Source of the DNA: an uncultured Verrucomicrobiae bacterium
GTDB taxonomy: Bacteria; Verrucomicrobiota; Verrucomicrobiia; Limisphaerales; Palsa-1400
Assembly (NCBI GenBank): GCA_963702845.1
Contig: OY969763.1
Location: 896,001 to 960,000 of the forward strand
Reading direction: 5' to 3'
DNA length: 64,000 nt
This document shows positions 44,347 to 54,656 of this stretch, piece by piece (position 1 is the stretch's first letter; each line of letters begins with the position of its first letter). The position numbers and the translations under genes were made by a program. The notes beneath the pieces were generated by a model. It made no database searches. It saw nothing but the letters and a program-made list of their open reading frames with translations, and was not told the DNA's origin.

Positions 44347-45099
44347 ATGCTTCGTATTTGTTTAATAGTGGCGATTGTGGCAGGTCTCGCAGCCGGCGGT
44401 GTCAGCTTTTTCAAGGTCAAGCAGGTCATGGAACAGACCATGCAAGAGCGCAACGATGAAAAGAGCGCCAAGGAAAAAGAAATCGCCGCGCACACCAAGA
44501 CGAAGGCGACTTTAGCCAAGACGCAGAAGGAATTGAAGTCGACGCAAGAGGAATTGGCGACCACCCGCAATGATTTAAAGGCCGCGACCGCCAAAGTTGC
44601 TGACCTGGAAAAGAATAACCAGAACCTCACCACTCAGTTGGAACGCACCAAGTCGGAACGCGACGTCGCGCAACAAACGTTGGAACAATGGCGCATTCTC
44701 GATGTTACCCCCGCAGGTGTGAAAAAGCTTAAGTCTGATTTGGCGTCTACCCAAGCCACGGCGAAAGCATTTGCTTCTGAAAACAAGATCCTCAACGGCA
44801 ACATCCTCGACCTGAAGAATGAATTGGCCAAGTATACCGGTGACGATATCGTCCATTTGCCTCCCGGCCTGACCGGCCACATCGTCGCCGTCGATCCCAA
44901 GTATGATTTTGTCGTCCTGGACATCGGTAAGGACAAAGGTCTTTTAAATCGTGGTGAACTTCTGGTCAATCGTTCCGGTCGTTTGGTTGGGAAACTGAAG
45001 GTTTCCGACGTCAGGGATCATCGTGCCATCGCCAACGTTCTTCCCGGTTGGAAACAAGCGGAAGTGTTGGAAGGCGATCAAGTCCTCAGCTATCAATGA
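44347..45099 (+). CDS. Membrane-anchored coiled-coil protein with C-terminal small beta domain (unknown function)
   Basis: N-terminal TM, a long K/E/Q-rich heptad region, and C-terminal IVAVDPKYDFVVLDIG...GDQV. Confidence 0.75.
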   Translation: MLRICLIVAIVAGLAAGGVSFFKVKQVMEQTMQERNDEKSAKEKEIAAHTKTKATLAKTQKELKSTQEELATTRNDLKAATAKVADLEKNNQNLTTQLERTKSERDVAQQTLEQWRILDVTPAGVKKLKSDLASTQATAKAFASENKILNGNILDLKNELAKYTGDDIVHLPPGLTGHIVAVDPKYDFVVLDIGKDKGLLNRGELLVNRSGRLVGKLKVSDVRDHRAIANVLPGWKQAEVLEGDQVLSYQ

Positions 45100-45269
45100 G
45101 CAAACTCCTGCGCAGCGTGTTGGCGGCCATTGTCTTCGCGACAATTGCTCTCGGCATGACTGGTTGCGTGAGTGATCAGGAACCGGAGAATATGTCCGAG
45201 AAGCCCTGGAATAGTCCTGCAGGCTTTGGCACTGGGATGCTGCCTTCAAATATTAACGAAGGACGGTAG
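45096..45269 (+). CDS. Small lipoprotein (57 aa)
   Basis: MSKLLRSVLAAIVFATIALGMTGC lipobox. ATGA overlap with the upstream stop. Confidence 0.7.
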   Translation: MSKLLRSVLAAIVFATIALGMTGCVSDQEPENMSEKPWNSPAGFGTGMLPSNINEGR

Positions 45270-45412
45270 TTTCAAATCCGAAATCCGAAACAAATTCGAA
45301 TTTCCAATCGCGATTCGAAAACTTCAGGCACTCGTCACCTCTTCTTTCAGTCCCTGTCCTCCGTTGTATTTTTCCTTTTCGGGAGTAGGCTGTGTCAAAC
45401 ACCACTTGTTAT

Positions 45413-45748
45413 ATGAATGCACTAGCGGAAAAGGAATGTACGGAATGCAAGGGACAGACTGAACCTTTACCGGCTGCTGAACTCGCGCGTTTGGGCCGGG
45501 AAATCGGGGCCGAATGGAAGATCGTCAAAAACCATCACCTTGAGCGGGAATACAAATTCAAAGACTTCCGGCAGGCCCTTGATTTCACCAATCGCCTCGG
45601 CGAATTGGCTGAGCGCGTCCAACATCATCCGGATATTTATCTCGCGTGGGGCCAGGTCAAAGTCACGCTCTGGACGCACAGTGTTGATGGGCTGACCGAG
45701 AGTGATTTTATTTTTGCGGCCAAGGTGAATGAATTGCCCGCGAAGTAG
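45413..45748 (+). CDS. phhB: Pterin-4a-carbinolamine dehydratase
   Basis: FKDFRQAL, QHHPDI and WTHSVDGLTESDFIFAAK motifs. Confidence 0.9.
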   Translation: MNALAEKECTECKGQTEPLPAAELARLGREIGAEWKIVKNHHLEREYKFKDFRQALDFTNRLGELAERVQHHPDIYLAWGQVKVTLWTHSVDGLTESDFIFAAKVNELPAK

Positions 45749-45779
45749 GCACTGAAATTACCTCGCAACTGTCGGTCGC

Positions 45780-47216
45780 TTGTGGTTTTTAACAGCGCAA
45801 GTGACCATCTCACGCCGGAACCTGATCATCGCATCTGTAGTTCTTGTGCTTGCCGCTGTAGCGTTGACGTGGGTCATGCGCGGCAAATCATCCGTTGAGG
45901 AGTATGTCGCGAAACTTCGAGCCAAAGGCGAGCGTCTTTACTTCACCGACCCGCCGTTTCCAAAAATGACCAACGGCACGCCGGGGTTGGATAAATTTGT
46001 CAGCGCCGCGGATTCGATCGGCGGTTTCAATCCAATCCTCGTGATGGACGTGAGCGCGTCGGGCGCGGCCGTGGTGGCATGGCAGAGATTGCCGATGCTT
46101 GACGGGTACGCGAGATCGAATTCGATGCAATGGTCGAGCCTGCTCGCGATTCTACAAAAAAACGACAAGCCATTGCATGAGATCCGCGAAAGTGTGGCCG
46201 AGCCGGAACCGGACATGGGCTGGCAAACCAACGTTTTCACATATCGAAAAATATATATACAGCAACGCAGGGGCGTGCAGTTGCTGTGCGCGGCGACGAT
46301 CGCTGAATTGCACGAGACGAATTTTGACGGTGCATTCAAAAACCTGCAGGCAATGGCCCGTTTGGCGCAAATGGAGAGAGATGAAAACACTTTAGTAGCG
46401 CGGATGATTCGAGTGGCGATTGCCAGTTTGGGGTTGTCGACGACATGGGAAGCTTTGCAAAGCGATGGACTGAGCGGCGCGCAGTGGAAACAACTGCAAG
46501 ACGAGTGGTCGAAGGTCGATCTGCTTAAAGGGATTGAGCGTGGTTTCGTCGGCGAGCGATTGTATTGCTTCACTCACGTGGAATTGGCGCGAAAGGGAGA
46601 AACGAATGCAGTGAGTTGGGACGGCTCGACGACTCCTAAATGGCAGGATCGATTTCGAACCATAATTTGGCGGGCGACCGTTGCTCAGCAAGATGAGATG
46701 TTCTACTTGAAGACGTTGGGGCAATATATCGATAAATGCCGGATGGTATCGGCCGGAACGCCTGCGGCTGAGGTAAACCGGTTGATACAGCACGATATAG
46801 ATGAACTGAATCGGGTGCTTTCACAGCCGTCGGCGCTTTTCAAATATCCGTTTAGCGCGATTGCGATTCCAAATTTTGCCCGCGCCTGTGCGACGGCCTA
46901 TCGTTGTGAAGTTCAGCGGCGATTGGCGATTACGGCAATCGGTATTAAACGATATCAACTGCGTAACGGAAAGTTGCCGGAAACGCTGAACGTTTTGACG
47001 CCGGAGTTTTGTCCGGAGGTGTTGTTGGATCCGATGGATTGGAAACCGTTGCATTATCGGGTCAATCCGGACGGGACGTTTACGTTGTATTCCGTGGGCG
47101 AGAACGGAAAGGATGACGGCGGTAATCCGGCGTGGACGACAAACGCGCTGGCGAGTTGGTTGAATGGAATGGATATCGTATGGCCGAAACCAGCGCATCT
47201 AAATGCCAGCAACTGA
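45780..47216 (+). CDS. Membrane-anchored helical protein with GspG-like C-terminal motif (unknown function)
   Basis: N-terminal TM. C-terminal AIGIKRY...LPETL...DP...LHYR...LYSVGENGKDDGG. Start codon uncertain. Confidence 0.6.
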   Translation: MWFLTAQVTISRRNLIIASVVLVLAAVALTWVMRGKSSVEEYVAKLRAKGERLYFTDPPFPKMTNGTPGLDKFVSAADSIGGFNPILVMDVSASGAAVVAWQRLPMLDGYARSNSMQWSSLLAILQKNDKPLHEIRESVAEPEPDMGWQTNVFTYRKIYIQQRRGVQLLCAATIAELHETNFDGAFKNLQAMARLAQMERDENTLVARMIRVAIASLGLSTTWEALQSDGLSGAQWKQLQDEWSKVDLLKGIERGFVGERLYCFTHVELARKGETNAVSWDGSTTPKWQDRFRTIIWRATVAQQDEMFYLKTLGQYIDKCRMVSAGTPAAEVNRLIQHDIDELNRVLSQPSALFKYPFSAIAIPNFARACATAYRCEVQRRLAITAIGIKRYQLRNGKLPETLNVLTPEFCPEVLLDPMDWKPLHYRVNPDGTFTLYSVGENGKDDGGNPAWTTNALASWLNGMDIVWPKPAHLNASN

Positions 47217-47689
47217 TTGCCGAGCGGGGGCTGAGGATCATTTCCGGCGGGCAGACCGGCGCCGACCGGGCTGCTTTAGATTTTGCGATTAAGCATCGAG
47301 TGTCACACGGCGGTTGGTGTCCTGCAGGTCGACTGGCCGAAGATGGGCCGATTGCGTCGCGTTATCAGCTAAACGAGACTCCCTCTCTAGATCCCGCGCA
47401 ACGGACGGAATGGAATGTGCGCGATTCCGATGCGACGGTTATTTTCTCGCTCACTCCAATTCTACACGGTGGGACGAAGCTGACGGAAGAATTTGCGCAT
47501 CAGTACGGAAAGCCGGTATTGAAGATAATCGATGACGGGAACGATTACGTCGGGGTGCTCAGGAACTTCCTATTTGAACACCACGTCCACGTTTTGAATG
47601 TCGCGGGGCCGCGCGAATCCGATCAGCTTGGAATAGCTCATTTCACAGGCAAAGTACTGGAGGCCTGTTCGGGGGAATGCCCCGATTGA
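47180..47689 (+). CDS. Circularly permuted SLOG / 'putative molybdenum carrier' family protein
   Basis: IISGGQTGADRAALD, GGWCPAGRLAEDG, RTEWNVRDSDAT, LNVAGPRES. Start uncertain. Confidence 0.8.
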   Translation: MAETSASKCQQLIAERGLRIISGGQTGADRAALDFAIKHRVSHGGWCPAGRLAEDGPIASRYQLNETPSLDPAQRTEWNVRDSDATVIFSLTPILHGGTKLTEEFAHQYGKPVLKIIDDGNDYVGVLRNFLFEHHVHVLNVAGPRESDQLGIAHFTGKVLEACSGECPD

Positions 47690-47724
47690 CGTTACGGGAA
47701 TCTAACCGATACTCTTGCAACAGC

Positions 47725-48501
47725 ATGAGCCAGCACGTCATGGACCCCGACCAACGCGATAAAGAACATCTGCAGAAGGCCTTGGCTACGCGCAGCGCGC
47801 AGTTGCAGGCCGTGAACAAAGACTTCGAACAGTTCGCGTATTCCGTTTCTCACGACCTGCGGGCGCCCTTGCGAGCCCTGGAAGGTTTTTCAAAGATCCT
47901 GCTTGAGGATTATGGCGACAAAGTCGATTCGGAAGGCAAGCGTTGCCTCGAGATTCTCGTCACCAGCGCTCACAAAGCGTCGGTGATGATTGAAGATTTG
48001 CTGGTTGTTTCGCGCCTGTCGCGACGACCATACGCTCCGACCATGATTAACATGGAGGAGATCGCCAATGAATGCATCAAGGTCTTGCCGGTTGCTCCAA
48101 ACGAAGTGCAGTTCAAAGTGCATTCGATGCCCGAAGCATGGGCAGATGGCGGGCTGACCAATGAGATTTATCAGCGTCTGCTCGAAAATGCGGTGAAGTT
48201 TACGCGGAAGAAAACAGAACGGCGCATTGAAATCGGCGCCTCTAAAAACGGCGACCGGAACGCTTATTGGATTCGCGATAATGGCGCGGGTTTCGACATG
48301 AAATATGTCGGACGTCTCTTCGGAGTTTTTCAACGGTTACACAGTGATCAGGAATACGACGGTCGAGGGATAGGCCTGACTGTCGTTCAGCGATTGGCGC
48401 GTCGGCAGGGCGGCGAGGTGCAGGCGGAAGGTAAACTGGGTGAGGGCGCGACCTTCACGTTCTCTTTGCCGGCGCACAAACCGCCGGAAGACACGCTCTA
48501 G
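47725..48501 (+). CDS. Soluble histidine kinase, phytochrome-type HisKA-HATPase without sensor domain
   Basis: FAYSVSHDLRAPLR, ENAVKF, DNGAGFDM, LFGVFQRLH, GRGIGL. Confidence 0.88.
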   Translation: MSQHVMDPDQRDKEHLQKALATRSAQLQAVNKDFEQFAYSVSHDLRAPLRALEGFSKILLEDYGDKVDSEGKRCLEILVTSAHKASVMIEDLLVVSRLSRRPYAPTMINMEEIANECIKVLPVAPNEVQFKVHSMPEAWADGGLTNEIYQRLLENAVKFTRKKTERRIEIGASKNGDRNAYWIRDNGAGFDMKYVGRLFGVFQRLHSDQEYDGRGIGLTVVQRLARRQGGEVQAEGKLGEGATFTFSLPAHKPPEDTL

Positions 48502-48592
48502 AGCATAGTTGAGTTCAGTCGGTTGCAGATATGGGACATAGAACTAAAGTAGCGGCGGAGGTTTTTGAACCACCGGCGATGCCCAATGCAGT

Positions 48593-50905
48593 ATGAGTGA
48601 AACGACACACTTTTTTGCCCCACATAGTCCGTCCATCGACGTACCCGTTGACGTTTCACCAGAACTGGCGCAGCGGAATCTGCGGGTGTTGATCCTGGAA
48701 GATATCGCGACGGACGCGGAGTTCGTGCAACGGGAATTGAAACGGGCGCAGATTCAGTTCATCGCTCAATGCGTTGACAATCGTGATGGTTATCTGCGCG
48801 GGCTACAGGAGTTCAATCCTGACATCATTCTGTCAGATTTCAGCATGCCGGGCTTCGACGCGTTCGATGCGCTGGACCTTCTAAAACAAAGCGGCAAGGA
48901 CACGCCATTTATTCTCGTTACTGGTTCGCAATCAGAGGAAGTGGCCGTGCGCTGCATGAAAGCGGGTGCGGATGATTATATCCTGAAATCGACGCTGAAA
49001 CGCTTGCCCAGCGCGGTGCTGAATGCGGTTAAGAAAAAGGACATTGAACGTGAGCGCGAACGGGCACTGCTGGCATTGCGCCAAAGCGAAGAGCACTTTC
49101 GGTCGCTGATCGAGAACGCTCTCGACATCATCATTATTCTAAATCCCGATGCGACGTTCCGGTATGCGAGCCCGTCAATGCGTTCGATGGGTTACTTGCC
49201 GCACCAGTTGAATGGAAAGAGCTTTTTCGATTTCGTCGTCCCGAGTGACGTGCCGAAGGTCACTGAGATGTTCGATTCCTTGTTCAAGGAAGCGGGCAAG
49301 GCCCAGCAAGTTGAGTTTTGCTTTCGCGACTGCGATGAGTCCTGGCGGGTGTTGGAATGCATTGGAAAATCGGTGCGCGTCGATTCTCCCGCGGCTGCCA
49401 TTGTTCTGAATGCGCGCGACATTACTGAGCGCAAAGAGGCGAATGAACGCATTGAAAAGCTTGCCGCGTTCCCGCGCCTGAATCCAAACGCGATTTTTGA
49501 ATTAGAAGGTGATGCGCGACTGACTTATTGCAATCAGGCGGCCGTGGATTTAGCGCGAATGGTCGATTCCGATCCTGCGGATATTTTGCCCGACGATGTA
49601 GAACAGATTATTGAAGAATGTTTGCGCACCGCGAACAACCGCATTCGCCGGGAGACTTTGCTGAGCAATCGCATCATCGCCTGGCATTTCTTCCCGATTC
49701 TTGAAAATCAGACTGTTCATTGCTACGCCATTGATATCACCGAGCGCATCAATCTCGAAACGCAGTTGCGCCAGTCGCAAAAGATGGAGTCGATCGGTCA
49801 ATTGGCCGCAGGTATCGCCCACGATTTCAACAACGTGCTGACCATCGTTCAGGGCTATTCCAAGATGCTGTTGGAAGACAATATGGTGCCGGAAGAGGCG
49901 CGTGAGCCGATTGAGCAGATCGCCGTCGCGGCCCAGCGTGCCACGAATCTGACGCGCCAGTTACTCACGTTCAGCCGCAAACAAGTGATGCAGCCTCAAC
50001 CGCTGGACTTGAACGAAGTGGTCAGCAATGTGACGCGGTTTCTGCGACGAATCGTGGGAGAAGATATCGCGCTGCACTTCAACTACACGCCGAACGTATC
50101 GCCCATCGAAGCGGATATCAGTATGGTTGAGCAACTGATCATGAACCTGGCGGTGAACGCTCGCGATGCCATGCCAAAAGGCGGCACCATCACAATCGGC
50201 ACCGGCACAGTCGAGATCAACGAAACGCACGCGCGCATCAATCCGGAAGCACACGTCGGTAAATACATTTGCTTGCGCATCAGTGATACGGGTTCGGGAA
50301 TTCCTCCTGAAGTTCTGCCAAGGATTTTTGAACCGTTCTTTACGACCAAAGCTGTTGGAAAAGGAACAGGCTTGGGTTTGGCCACCGTTTACGGCGTAGC
50401 GAAGCAACACAATGGTTGGGTCGAAGTGTTGAGCGAAGTCGGACGAGGAACGACGTTCCGCATTTATTTCCCCGCCGTCAGTGCTACCGCTGACACTGCT
50501 GGTTTAAAACCGGTGAATGAAAAGAACTGTCGCGGCACCGAAATGGTTCTGGTCGTCGAAGACGAGCCGCAGTTGCGTTCGATGGTTTGTGGCGTGTTGC
50601 GTCAGTATGGATATTCGACACTGGAAGCGAGTTGTGGGCCGGAGGCGATTCCTCTTTTCCGCGAGAACGCATCGAAAATTGCGCTCGTCGTGACAGACAT
50701 GGTTATGCCGGGGAATATGAACGGTCGCGAATTGGGCGAAATCTTGAAATCGGAAAAACCAGGACTGCGGATAGTCTATAGCAGCGGTTACAGTACGGAG
50801 ATGTTCGCGAAAGATTCAGTGCTGAAACGCGGACTGAATTTCTTGCAGAAGCCGTATCATCCCTCGGCACTCGCGAAAATCGTGCGCGATAGTTTGGATT
50901 CGTAA
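48593..50905 (+). CDS. Hybrid sensor kinase REC-PAS-PAS-HisKA-HATPase-REC (CckA-like)
   Basis: N-terminal receiver (ILED, SDFSMP), PAS motifs, [37 protein letters not shown]-terminal receiver (TDMVMP). Confidence 0.92.
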   Translation: MSETTHFFAPHSPSIDVPVDVSPELAQRNLRVLILEDIATDAEFVQRELKRAQIQFIAQCVDNRDGYLRGLQEFNPDIILSDFSMPGFDAFDALDLLKQSGKDTPFILVTGSQSEEVAVRCMKAGADDYILKSTLKRLPSAVLNAVKKKDIERERERALLALRQSEEHFRSLIENALDIIIILNPDATFRYASPSMRSMGYLPHQLNGKSFFDFVVPSDVPKVTEMFDSLFKEAGKAQQVEFCFRDCDESWRVLECIGKSVRVDSPAAAIVLNARDITERKEANERIEKLAAFPRLNPNAIFELEGDARLTYCNQAAVDLARMVDSDPADILPDDVEQIIEECLRTANNRIRRETLLSNRIIAWHFFPILENQTVHCYAIDITERINLETQLRQSQKMESIGQLAAGIAHDFNNVLTIVQGYSKMLLEDNMVPEEAREPIEQIAVAAQRATNLTRQLLTFSRKQVMQPQPLDLNEVVSNVTRFLRRIVGEDIALHFNYTPNVSPIEADISMVEQLIMNLAVNARDAMPKGGTITIGTGTVEINETHARINPEAHVGKYICLRISDTGSGIPPEVLPRIFEPFFTTKAVGKGTGLGLATVYGVAKQHNGWVEVLSEVGRGTTFRIYFPAVSATADTAGLKPVNEKNCRGTEMVLVVEDEPQLRSMVCGVLRQYGYSTLEASCGPEAIPLFRENASKIALVVTDMVMPGNMNGRELGEILKSEKPGLRIVYSSGYSTEMFAKDSVLKRGLNFLQKPYHPSALAKIVRDSLDS

Positions 50906-50914
50906 TTTCGGCGG

Positions 50915-51847
50915 CTACGAGGTTGCTTGGGCGCGCACTTCGATCATTTGTGCCATCACACTCACGGCAATTTCGTTTACGCCCACTGCTTTGATCGGAA
51001 GGCCGACCGGGCAGGCGACTTTTGCCAATTGTTCCGGTGTCGCGATTTTCTTTTTAACAAATCCATCGCTAATGAGCCGGAACTTGCGCGTGCTGCCGAT
51101 CATCCCGAGGAACGCGAACGGCTTGTGAATCCAGTCGGCGAGGACATCCGCGTCGTGATTGTGACCGCGGGTGGCAACGAGCCCGAAAACAGATTTTGGT
51201 GGGAACGGCGTCGCCAGCAAGTCGCCCCAATTGGCAACGCGCAGGTTGACCTTTTTTGGAAAGTATTCGTAGTTCGCAAGCTCGGGCCGATCGTCGAACA
51301 CTGTGACTTCGAAATCCAAATTGATCGCGAGCGGAGCAACTGCTTGGGCGACGTGACCGGAGCCGGCAATCCAGAGCGCGTGGGGAGGGGAGACGGTTTC
51401 TTCGTAAAGAGGAGGCAAACTTCCAACTTCCAACTTCGCACTCTCACTATCCAACAATTGAACCGCAAAGTTTTGGTCAATAATCCAGGTGCGTGATGTT
51501 TTCGAATGCGCCAACTCGTTCCATAAGGGAACCGCGTCCGCCGCATTGGGCAAAATTAAACCATAAACCTTGCCGCCGCAGATTAATCCATCGTCCCAGC
51601 CAAAATTGTGGTCGAGGATGAATTCGAATGTTTCGGGTTTGCCGGTGGCGAGCGCCTGCTTCGCGCGACGTCGCACTTCGGCTTCAAGACAACCACCACC
51701 GAGAGTTCCCATCATTGTGTCGTCGGGAAAGAAAAGTGCCTTGGCGCCTTTTTTTTGCGGAGTGGAACCTTTAATGCGCGAGATGATGCCGAGCGCAAAT
51801 TGTTTGTGCTGCTGCGCCGCTTCGACCATCTGTTGATAGAATCGCAC
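50915..51847 (-). CDS. xdhC: XdhC/CoxI family molybdoenzyme maturation factor
   Basis: GSTPQKKGAK, GTLGGGCLE, GLICGG, GSGHVA, TRGH, GMIGS, PVGLPI, EIAVS. Confidence 0.85.
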   Translation of the reverse strand: MRFYQQMVEAAQQHKQFALGIISRIKGSTPQKKGAKALFFPDDTMMGTLGGGCLEAEVRRRAKQALATGKPETFEFILDHNFGWDDGLICGGKVYGLILPNAADAVPLWNELAHSKTSRTWIIDQNFAVQLLDSESAKLEVGSLPPLYEETVSPPHALWIAGSGHVAQAVAPLAINLDFEVTVFDDRPELANYEYFPKKVNLRVANWGDLLATPFPPKSVFGLVATRGHNHDADVLADWIHKPFAFLGMIGSTRKFRLISDGFVKKKIATPEQLAKVACPVGLPIKAVGVNEIAVSVMAQMIEVRAQATS

Positions 51848-51945
51848 GGGGAAAACTACGATATCGCGCCCGCAATTCAAAGCGTGCGATTCTATATCTG
51901 TAGGGAAAAATCTGACAAAGTTGACGCATATCACTTTCAAAACAA

Positions 51946-51973
51946 TTGACTTGGCCATATGCGTGGCGATAAT
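51946..51973 (+). promoter_or_regulatory. Putative sigma70 promoter of the FHA gene
   Basis: TTGACT-16 nt-GATAAT, 11 nt before ATG 51985. Confidence 0.5.
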
Positions 51974-51984
51974 CGGCGTATTCG

Positions 51985-52545
51985 ATGGCTAAATTAGTCG
52001 TGCTCAGTGAAGGGCTGGCAGGCAAGACCCACGAGCTAACGGTGGACACAACCACCGTCGGTCGCGTGGAGGACAATGCTTTTCAACTCCCCGAATCGTC
52101 GGTCTCCAGCCATCACGCTGAGATTATCCTCCGTGGCAGCGACGTCGTCATCAAGGACCTCAATTCCACTAACGGCACTTTCATCAACGGCCAACAGATC
52201 ACCGGGGAAGGCGTGCTAAAGCCCGGACAGATTCTGCGCCTAGGCCAGATTGAACTTCGATTGGAAGATGGCGCGGGAGCATCGGCTGCGGCTTCGCAGC
52301 CAGCAGCAGCACCATCGGCAGCGGATCCGAGAACTCAAGCAGGCAAGAAGTTGCCGGACCATACGATGGTGATTCCGCAGGGGGTTAAGCTTGGTCAGGA
52401 GCCGCAAACGAAGTCGGTTGCGTTCGACAAAGGTGCCTTTGCCAAGAAGAGCAACACGGGAACGAAGGTGTTTATTATCGTCTGCGCTGGCCTCGGATTG
52501 ATTCTAATCGCTGTGATTCTGTTCTTCGCGTTCGGCAAGACTTAA
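51985..52545 (+). CDS. FHA-domain protein with C-terminal membrane anchor
   Basis: VGR, VSSHHA, DLNSTNGTFING motifs. Hydrophobic C-terminal helix. Confidence 0.9.
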   Translation: MAKLVVLSEGLAGKTHELTVDTTTVGRVEDNAFQLPESSVSSHHAEIILRGSDVVIKDLNSTNGTFINGQQITGEGVLKPGQILRLGQIELRLEDGAGASAAASQPAAAPSAADPRTQAGKKLPDHTMVIPQGVKLGQEPQTKSVAFDKGAFAKKSNTGTKVFIIVCAGLGLILIAVILFFAFGKT

Positions 52546-53550
52546 TCAACGCGCTTCGCGCAGCCAGCCGGCCACATCGGTCGCCGCGTAAGTAATCACC
52601 ATATCCGCGCCCGCGCGTTTCATCGACAGCAATGTCTCCATCGTCACCGCGCGTTCATCGATCCAACCTTTCGCTGCCGCGGCTTTAATCATCGAGAACT
52701 CGCCGCTGACCGCATAGGCCGCAGTGGGGTAGCCAAATTCCACCTTCACCCGCTGTAGAATGTCCAGGTAAGCCAGCGCCGGCTTCACCATCACCATGTC
52801 AGCGCCCTCTTGCAGATCCATCGCGACCTCGCGCATGGCTTCGTCTGAATTGGCCGGGTCCATCTGGTAACTGCGTCGATCGCCGAATTGCGGCGTCGAT
52901 TCCGCAGCTTCACGGAACGGGCCGTAGTAGGCCGAGGCAAACTTGGCTGCATACGAGAGGATCGGTGTGTCCTCAAAGCCGCGCTCATCGAGCAATCCGC
53001 GGATGGCGGCGACGCGGCCGTCCATCATATCACTCGGCGCGACGATGTCCGCGCCGGCCTCGGCATGACTGAGCGCTGTGCGCGCGAGCAATTGGAGGCT
53101 GGGATCATTTTCAATCCGGCCTTTTTTCTTGTGGACGATGCCGCAATGGCCGTGACTCATATATTCGCAGAGGCACACGTCGGTGAGCACGAGCAGATTG
53201 GGCAATTCGCGTTTGAGCAGGCGGACGGCCTGTTGAACGATGCCGTTGGCAGCGTAGGCGCCCGATGCCTTTTCGTCTTTCTTGTCGGGTATGCCGAACA
53301 GGATGACAGCGGGGACGCCAAGCGCATGGGCCTTTTCAGCTTCTTTGAGAACTTCATCCGGGGACAGTTGAAACACCCCGGGCATCGATCCAACTGGTTG
53401 GCGTACTTTTTTTCCGAAACGCGCAAATAACGGCAGAATCAGCGAGTCAACGGTGAAACGATTCTGCTGGACCATGCGCCGGAGCGCTGGTGATTGTCGC
53501 AAGCGCCGTGGGCGATACTGCGGAAAACGCCCAGGAAAACCAAAGTTCAT
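52546..53550 (-). CDS. hemB: Porphobilinogen synthase (ALA dehydratase), Zn-type
   Basis: RPRRLR, DVCLCEYMSHGHCG, APSDMMDGRV, YGPFREA, YQMD, MVKPA. Confidence 0.96.
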   Translation of the reverse strand: MNFGFPGRFPQYRPRRLRQSPALRRMVQQNRFTVDSLILPLFARFGKKVRQPVGSMPGVFQLSPDEVLKEAEKAHALGVPAVILFGIPDKKDEKASGAYAANGIVQQAVRLLKRELPNLLVLTDVCLCEYMSHGHCGIVHKKKGRIENDPSLQLLARTALSHAEAGADIVAPSDMMDGRVAAIRGLLDERGFEDTPILSYAAKFASAYYGPFREAAESTPQFGDRRSYQMDPANSDEAMREVAMDLQEGADMVMVKPALAYLDILQRVKVEFGYPTAAYAVSGEFSMIKAAAAKGWIDERAVTMETLLSMKRAGADMVITYAATDVAGWLREAR

Positions 53551-53606
53551 ACTTCAGGCTAGTGAAACAAGCAGGCAGCGGCAAGTTCGTAGCCGTGGAG
53601 AAGCTT

Positions 53607-54170
53607 TTAGAGAAACGTCACTTCGTCGAACCCGAGTTGAGAGAACAAAGCGCTGAGCGTCGTTCGGGCCCGTTCATCGGCGTCTTTGATAATGCCGTTT
53701 TCGTAGGCAGCGCGGCTGAGTTTTTGGAGGGCATCCTTGCGTGCGTTTTGTTCGAGGTCTTTGTCGAAGGCTCGCATCAACCCTGTTGTTCGTTCGAGGA
53801 TTTGCGTCCGATGGTCATCGAGGTAAACGTCCGTCAGCCCTGCACCCGGCAACTTCATTGTGAGTTTTTTGCCCGTTATATTGATGTCGCCAGGTTTGAT
53901 TGCAGCGAGATTGATGCCGGCTTTGACGATCCCGTGCGCGACCAACAACACGCGATTGTCTCCGTACCACTTCGAATCTTCTGCCACCACAACGTTCTCG
54001 ACCACGTATTTGACGGTGACGAGCTGGGAAAGGGTTTGGACCTGTTTAAGGATGAGCGTGGTGTTGTAAGTGACCGAGGAAGGTTTGGAAGCACGCGTAA
54101 AATAAAAGCCTCCCGCTGCTCCGAGCAGAAACACCGCTAACACTCCTATAATCGCCAGCCGATTCAGCAC
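53607..54170 (-). CDS. DUF4230-domain protein
   Basis: N-terminal TM, QLVTVKY, HGIVKAGINL, C-terminal LGFDEVTF. GTG start inferred. Confidence 0.75.
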   Translation of the reverse strand: MLNRLAIIGVLAVFLLGAAGGFYFTRASKPSSVTYNTTLILKQVQTLSQLVTVKYVVENVVVAEDSKWYGDNRVLLVAHGIVKAGINLAAIKPGDINITGKKLTMKLPGAGLTDVYLDDHRTQILERTTGLMRAFDKDLEQNARKDALQKLSRAAYENGIIKDADERARTTLSALFSQLGFDEVTFL

Positions 54171-54621
54171 GGGACTGACTCTATCCAAGGTGGCAAATTG
54201 ATGGAAGAGCAATTCACGTGGCCTTCGAAGCTGCCCTAAGCCAAATCTGCGGAATGTTACGGAATCTTGCGGAAAGTTACGGCTATTTACCGTCAAAAAC
54301 GTGTGTTTTTATGTTGTTTTCCGGAGCTAATTCGCTGTTGTTCAGATACTAATGGTTGCGGGCCAAGCATTTTTGAGGGGGTAGGGCTATTTAACCGAAA
54401 CTACCCGCAACTCTCCGCAATGCTTGTCGGGAATTCGCAGCAACTGCCGTTTGGTTTTCATCGGCGTTGCGTGTTTTCAAAGAGCGCTCCAAGGTGGGTT
54501 GCCCCTAGAGGCTGCAATGTTAGCATTGCGGTCTTATTGTTGATGAAGTAGCGACATTTGTCAATTGTTGAATGCAGTCAATGTTGCAGCGTTTAACATA
54601 CATGAATGACTGCTTATTTGG

Positions 54622-54650
54622 TTGATTGGTAACGCGGAAACTGCGATAAT
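54622..54650 (+). promoter_or_regulatory. Putative sigma70 promoter of the nuclease gene
   Basis: TTGATT-17 nt-GATAAT with an upstream TG (extended -10). Confidence 0.45.
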
Positions 54651-54656
54651 TGCACA

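Noticed and set aside
47180..51847. Molybdenum-cofactor gene cluster (MoCo carrier-like, phhB, xdhC)
   Set aside because: The genes are separated and partly opposed. The 'Mo carrier' label covers a SLOG-family protein of uncertain function, and no molybdoenzyme is nearby.
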